DNA of 57,568 nucleotides, taken from IMG/VR virus record IMGVR_UViG_3300017776_000014, positions 1 through 57,568 of that record; one strand, given 5' to 3'. Origin of the DNA: a virus. Position 1 is the stretch's first letter; every line of letters begins with the position of its first letter. Below, one piece after another: positions 53,701 through 57,568 of the stretch. Position numbers and translations under genes: made by a program. The notes under the pieces were generated by a model. The model was not told the origin of the DNA, did no database searches, and saw nothing but the letters and a program-made list of their open reading frames with translations.

Positions 53701-54296
53701 GGAATGATAATCCAGCGCTTCAACCAAGAACTCCTGAATATAGAGAAGCAGTTCAAAAGGCAGGCAAAAACTATGCTAACCAAATTAAAGGTCTTCAAAG
53801 GGATCTTGCTGGTATCGAAGATAGTGATAGGACAATAACCCAATTAACACCTGAAGTTGTAGGTGGAGATATTGCTAAATGGGCTATTGATAATAATGTG
53901 GATGAAACCTATATGCCTACTATTATCCGTAACGCTTACAATGATTTATTGAGAGATGTTAAAGATGGTGGTAAAGCGGGCCAAAGCCTTAAGCCTTATC
54001 TACAAGCACAGTACGTTACTGCAATGTCTACTGGGAGAGGTATATTTACTCTCACTGAAGGAGATAATGCGGGTGAGCGGATGAGTGCTGAGAAGATAAG
54101 TGAAGCCCTCACCACTGCTAAACGTATTGTCACAAGTAGTGGTTCTGCTGAGAACGTAACAGATGTACAGATTGTTGACTCAATATTAATTGAATGGGAA
54201 AAACTAAGTCAAGAAGAACAGTCTAAGTACACACCATCTAATACTGAAACACCGTTCTTTAAATTCTTAAAAGAGCAAATCAATAGTGCAAAATAA
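50757..54296 (+). CDS. Large internal/ejection protein with lytic transglycosylase (SLT) domain (1179 aa)
   Basis: LATVISYETAGTFDP...GLIQFG matches the SLT catalytic-Glu signature (ES..F.P...G.MQ). A long Pro/Gln-rich linker follows. The size and position resemble the T7 gp16 class. Confidence 0.75.
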   Translation: MKDLTDPTNRDSVPAMLTPGEYVLNKEATEMYGPIIEQMNENGLAARAEGNMGVLSLNTGGSSLRPKARPDKFKPYDLQEGIIETAKILKISPLDLATVISYETAGTFDPLRKGPVTKHGMHKGLIQFGTGSKDGSVAKGSIADEFDVEFNTKNSSLRSQLGYMGEDGNWVPGAIVKHSLARGFKPGEHGALDLYSSINAGGVGPKAHGKTDEFAGGMPGTVSQKLNTMYEDAGNITHLDRAKALFPDWMDKGMDHYLPPIITTNETGAVETSINPKSRPTSVGIPQEVQVDQTPTLPQQEQPVVMPQVPQQVQPSPMLEVPVQGYPDAGVFIPDFAPQQELIPNPSYSPPGTIKEESNPQLRNEIYLGPETNVRPLQIKNPTGEVPAEDADDGFSWSDYFRDAAVSTYNYLMPRQFEMQAVPSVAEDLQRDLYRRGPSQYVGGMVFNQGGPVQHLNPGGRAGGKKKVWDSATQSYIWVGPSDPRHTGNAPTINEDRVPRVNPNPAPFTFDLTSNMPVRPGQDNVVQPTSNTMVPPSPLNIPTMPNPTVDAEPIVVDTAPAPMSDEALLNTSSQIVEQREDIAEANRLKHNAQLREYARQFPEGDPRRIEAFNNVLHQKAAAHPSYANDRPIESGLVAQAPPVPPQPSPINYSQLSEDALITLSDDGDETASDEIRRRNDLVNVVDPIIEDQRNLGYTDLTAPGIHDSRPDIGNLGPGIYAEADHLGALSPGVIAELGPENVPTLDGTVIPSTHELALMDPSSPETLDALALADVVDVNATVDFDDPRGPDQRQTVEQAQDSSQREATVRSKVAEVDEGEGPASNISNDEAASKGAAVIAENPAEESKAMSAIKGFFGDLFTADELKRAAVLFVGAMLTGATPGQALAFAGKDYLSRGDAHSKYVKELMEEGDHTTASIKAYSKSKNLEDLVPKQAMREGTGEYKAVFSPSGQRIRAMKVNVGTNQNIWVNAKTGERIPGYWNDNPALQPRTPEYREAVQKAGKNYANQIKGLQRDLAGIEDSDRTITQLTPEVVGGDIAKWAIDNNVDETYMPTIIRNAYNDLLRDVKDGGKAGQSLKPYLQAQYVTAMSTGRGIFTLTEGDNAGERMSAEKISEALTTAKRIVTSSGSAENVTDVQIVDSILIEWEKLSQEEQSKYTPSNTETPFFKFLKEQINSAK

Positions 54297-54316
54297 ACAG
54301 TCTTAAGGAGATTCAT

Positions 54317-57300
54317 ATGGGTTGGTTAGATAACATACAAAATCGTCCAGATACGAGCCTTAACGATCGTTTAAATTTTATTGACGCGGATACTGTTCAG
54401 GATAATGAAGGTAATCTATATAGGCTTCAGGGGTTTGATGCTCCTGAAGTTTCAAAACTATTCGATAACCAGTATAAACCTGGTGAAGCTGGTGGACAAG
54501 TAGCTACGGAATCTATCGCTAGGCTAGCACGCGATCGAGGTTATACAAATATCAAACCGGTTATAGGTGAAGATGGTAAACCTATGGTTGGCCAGTTTGG
54601 TAGGCCTATCGTTGATCTAACAGATGATGCAGGAGATTCATTTGTAAACCGTGTATTGAAAGAAGGTATATTTGAGCCTACTAAATATGCTTCTAGTATG
54701 GATATGACTCGTGCGGCTCTTGGTCAGAACTCAAGAGAGCGTGACGCTGAGGTAGGCGTTGCGAAGGATGAGTGGGATACTGCGAGACAGATGATTGAAG
54801 ATGGTGCCTTACAAGAAGGTGCAAAGTCTTTAGGATTTAAACAGACTGCATTGAACGAGCAGCAACTTGCAAATGCAAAGCGCTCTGGTCTTGGTAATTA
54901 CTTTTCCCATAGTAATACTCAAATTGACCACTTAGATAGGGATATAAATAACCAATCACTAAACCCCTTCTCAGATTCTTGGGAGCAAGGCTGGATTAGC
55001 GTTATGGAATCTAGCTACGGCATCATGAATATGATGGGAGAAACTACTGGGTCTGATTGGTTAGCCGACATTGGTGAGGAGGGAGTGAAGCGTCAGCGTG
55101 ATCTTCTTGGTTCCTACGGGGAAACTACTTTAGATTTTAGAGATGTTGATAGCGCGGGAGAAGCGTTTGATTATCTCGGCAATAACTTAGCGTTATCTAT
55201 TCCATACATGGTTGGTACTGCTATTGGCGCGTTAGGAGCTCCATTTACATATGGTACTTCTATGCTTCTCCCTGTTTCGCTCTACACTGGGCAAGTGTGG
55301 AATGAGATGGAAGGAGAAAATAAAAATGCTGGTGTTGCAATCGGTGCTGGTGTTATGCAAGCAGCATTAGACCGTCTCGGTTTAAAGGGGATTGTAGCAG
55401 CAGGTAAACCAAAGCAGGTTATAAGACAAGCCACAGAAGAACTTGTCCGGCAGGGTGTACCAAGACGCATGGCTCAAGCCCGTGTTCTTGAGGCTACTCG
55501 CAGAGAAGCTGCAGCATTAGTAGGTAATGTTAGAGATATTGCTAAACAGCAAATCGCTAAGAAGCAAGTGTTTAAAGATTTATCTACGCGCGTTGGATTA
55601 GGTGGAGCGTCTGAGGCTGGTACTGAAGCTTTGCAAGAAGCTATAGGCTACACAGCAGCACACCTACAAGAAGGCTTTGACTTCGGTGATCTTAATAACC
55701 GGATGATCTCTGGTGCTGTCGCAGGCGGATCTCTAGGTGGTGCTATGTCTGTGCCTGGAGCTGTCTACAATACGGGAGCTTGGGCTGATCTAGCTTACAG
55801 GTTAGATGATGCTGATAACTCCACTGCATCAGATGCTGGTATGTGGGCTGATTGGGAGAGGCGTCAGAATGGGAGGATACAATCTGTTGAGGAGATAGCA
55901 GAAGAAATCTTTAATAGACCTTCTACTACAGGCCCATCATTTAATGATAGATCAGATCAACATAGGTTATCCAATAGAGAACGTACAACTTGGGATGTGT
56001 TTAAAGAGAATGCTTTAAATGTATCTCAACTATGGCAAGGCGCTACTCGTAATATCTTCACACCTGAGTTAAAAGCTAGATCAAGATCTGCAAGAATACT
56101 TGCCGACATGTTTGGTGGTGGATTGCAGAGAACGTTTAGTGGATCAAGCTTTGAAAGCGCAAAGCAACATATACTAGCTAAGTATAAGAATACTATATCT
56201 AGACCTGATGATGTATACCGTACGCTATCTGGCAATGCTAGATGGTTGAATAGGAAGAAGCGTGGGCAGATCAGTCAAGATATTTATAACAGGCTTAATG
56301 CTGCTGTTGTTAATGGAGTGTTTCAACCTGATAGAGTTACAGGCCCGAATGCTGATGTCATACGCCAGTTAGGTGCGGAGCTGAATAAGCTTGCTGCTGA
56401 TATGCATAGGGACCAAAGGAAATACAACCCTGAGCTAGGCGTAGTTTCTAATTACCTATTTAAGTATAAGGCTTTAAACAAAACTGCGGTTAGGAAAGAC
56501 AGAGCTGGATTTCAACAGGCTTTAGTAGATGAATTTGCAAATGATCCTAATAATAGGATGACGCATGCAGATGCTAAGAAGTTAGTAGACGAAATACTAG
56601 ATAATCCTCAAGTGTCTGACGTTGATGAAGCATTCTCTGTTACGAATGGAGGTATTGTGCCTGCAGCGCATAGGCGTAGAACTCTACGTCTTTCAGAGAG
56701 AGAAGCATTTAAAGACTATATGGATCAAGATATGTTTGCTAATGTTTCAACTGCAGCGAAGTCAGCCGCACGGTACGTAGCTCATAGAAAATATATAGGT
56801 AAGAATGGAGAAGTAGTTAATAAACTTCTCGATGATATGGTGAGTGAGGGTGTATCTCCTGAGGAAGTTAACAAAGTTGCTTCACGAATGAAGGATTACT
56901 TAGATGCTGAATCAGGAAACTATAAACGTCCTACATCAGCTCAAGGTAAAGCCTTGCAGAGAATACAAAGAAGTTTTATGATGCTTACTACTCTAGCAGG
57001 ACTTCCTCTTGCAACTGTGTCTTCAATTGTTGAAGCCGCGTTAGTGCATAAAGCTTTAACAAGCGACCAAATCTTCGGTAAGAATGGAAGTTTAAAAACC
57101 ATGGGAGAAGAGTTTGCTAAAGCTATGTGGCAAGGAGCAGGCTCTATTACTGATGTAGCTACTGGTGCAAAAGAAAGAGCTTTAACTTCTGGCCAAGAAA
57201 GACTACAAGAATTAGGGTTTTATGAGTGGGATGTTGGTGCAGCTACTGTGACAGGCGTTACAGAGACTAATCAATTATCACAGCGGGCATATGAACTATT

Positions 57301-57568
57301 CTTTAAAGCCACTGGTCTAACAGGGTGGACTAACTTTACACGTGCAGCACGAGCAGCTATTGCTATGGACTACATGGTGGATAAAGCTAGAACGCTATTC
57401 GACGCAGATGTTGGTGGCGTTAATCCTGAAGCTAGAACTAGAGAACAGCAAGAGGCTGATGAAGCCTTGCGTAATTTAGGTATTGACGTAGATGAGTTTG
57501 TAAGAGTATCTAAACTTTTAGATTCTGGTTACGTCTTGAATGAAGCGGATTTAAACTTTTGGAACGAC
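54317..57568 (+). CDS. 5' part of a 1289-aa internal/ejection protein with an N-terminal staphylococcal-nuclease-like domain (continues at 1..741)
   Basis: ATG at 54317 after AAGGAG. I spot-translated parts of the frame and found them open. The absence of any plus-strand ORF-track entry after 54296 is also consistent with an ORF that has no stop inside the window. The N-terminus is FIDADTVQDNEGNLYRLQGFDAPE...GQFGRPIVDL...FVNRVLKEGI (SNase pattern DGDT...RL.GIDAPE...YGR...N..L...G.A). Hydrophobic segments lie around 55190-55330. Confidence 0.8.
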   Translation, partial: MGWLDNIQNRPDTSLNDRLNFIDADTVQDNEGNLYRLQGFDAPEVSKLFDNQYKPGEAGGQVATESIARLARDRGYTNIKPVIGEDGKPMVGQFGRPIVDLTDDAGDSFVNRVLKEGIFEPTKYASSMDMTRAALGQNSRERDAEVGVAKDEWDTARQMIEDGALQEGAKSLGFKQTALNEQQLANAKRSGLGNYFSHSNTQIDHLDRDINNQSLNPFSDSWEQGWISVMESSYGIMNMMGETTGSDWLADIGEEGVKRQRDLLGSYGETTLDFRDVDSAGEAFDYLGNNLALSIPYMVGTAIGALGAPFTYGTSMLLPVSLYTGQVWNEMEGENKNAGVAIGAGVMQAALDRLGLKGIVAAGKPKQVIRQATEELVRQGVPRRMAQARVLEATRREAAALVGNVRDIAKQQIAKKQVFKDLSTRVGLGGASEAGTEALQEAIGYTAAHLQEGFDFGDLNNRMISGAVAGGSLGGAMSVPGAVYNTGAWADLAYRLDDADNSTASDAGMWADWERRQNGRIQSVEEIAEEIFNRPSTTGPSFNDRSDQHRLSNRERTTWDVFKENALNVSQLWQGATRNIFTPELKARSRSARILADMFGGGLQRTFSGSSFESAKQHILAKYKNTISRPDDVYRTLSGNARWLNRKKRGQISQDIYNRLNAAVVNGVFQPDRVTGPNADVIRQLGAELNKLAADMHRDQRKYNPELGVVSNYLFKYKALNKTAVRKDRAGFQQALVDEFANDPNNRMTHADAKKLVDEILDNPQVSDVDEAFSVTNGGIVPAAHRRRTLRLSEREAFKDYMDQDMFANVSTAAKSAARYVAHRKYIGKNGEVVNKLLDDMVSEGVSPEEVNKVASRMKDYLDAESGNYKRPTSAQGKALQRIQRSFMMLTTLAGLPLATVSSIVEAALVHKALTSDQIFGKNGSLKTMGEEFAKAMWQGAGSITDVATGAKERALTSGQERLQELGFYEWDVGAATVTGVTETNQLSQRAYELFFKATGLTGWTNFTRAARAAIAMDYMVDKARTLFDADVGGVNPEARTREQQEADEALRNLGIDVDEFVRVSKLLDSGYVLNEADLNFWND
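57446..57568. repeat. Terminal direct repeat, copy 2 (identical to 1..123)
   Basis: Exact 123-nt identity with the window start. Confidence 0.95.

Noticed and set aside
1-57568. Temperate lifestyle, integrase/repressor module, or host-derived flanks
   Set aside because: I recognised no tyrosine or serine recombinase, CI/Cro-like pair or att-like tRNA fragment. The whole window is phage-like and closes on itself.

Overview
This window looks like a complete, circularly assembled dsDNA phage genome of 57,445 bp. Bases 1-123 are identical to 57446-57568, and one large ORF runs in frame across that junction. There are two oppositely oriented gene blocks.

The minus-strand block (about 22043 down to 4374) carries replication, nucleotide-metabolism and transcription genes:
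- gp2.5-like SSB, ThyA-family enzyme, ThyX-like enzyme, MazG-like NTP pyrophosphatase, glutaredoxin;
- family A DNA polymerase, 5'-3' exonuclease, RusA-like resolvase, gp4-like primase-helicase, dCMP deaminase;
- a T7-like single-subunit RNA polymerase.

The plus-strand block (22347 through the junction to 4304) carries packaging and virion genes:
- large terminase, portal, scaffold, major capsid;
- giant repeat-rich fibre proteins;
- a class II RNR cassette;
- a six-gene internal/ejection-protein block.

I saw no integrase, repressor, CRISPR array or rRNA.

The most notable observations:
1. A second, very divergent single-subunit RNA polymerase (741-4304) lies inside the ejection-protein block. 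This suggests an N4-like two-polymerase programme with a much smaller virion polymerase.
2. There are two families of repeated intergenic motifs. One is a perfectly conserved 16-mer promoter candidate present five times. The other is a CCGACA/CCTACAT family in the minus-block gaps.
3. A non-coding island of about 500 bp contains two tRNA-like T-arm/acceptor modules that do not fold as canonical tRNAs.
4. The nucleotide-metabolism gene set resembles a cytosine-modification pathway.
5. A staphylococcal-nuclease-like domain sits at the N-terminus of a 1289-aa ejection protein.
6. A 160-nt C-free polypurine/G-quadruplex tract lies in the divergent control region.

All functional calls rest on by-eye motif recognition. 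No database search or folding program was run.
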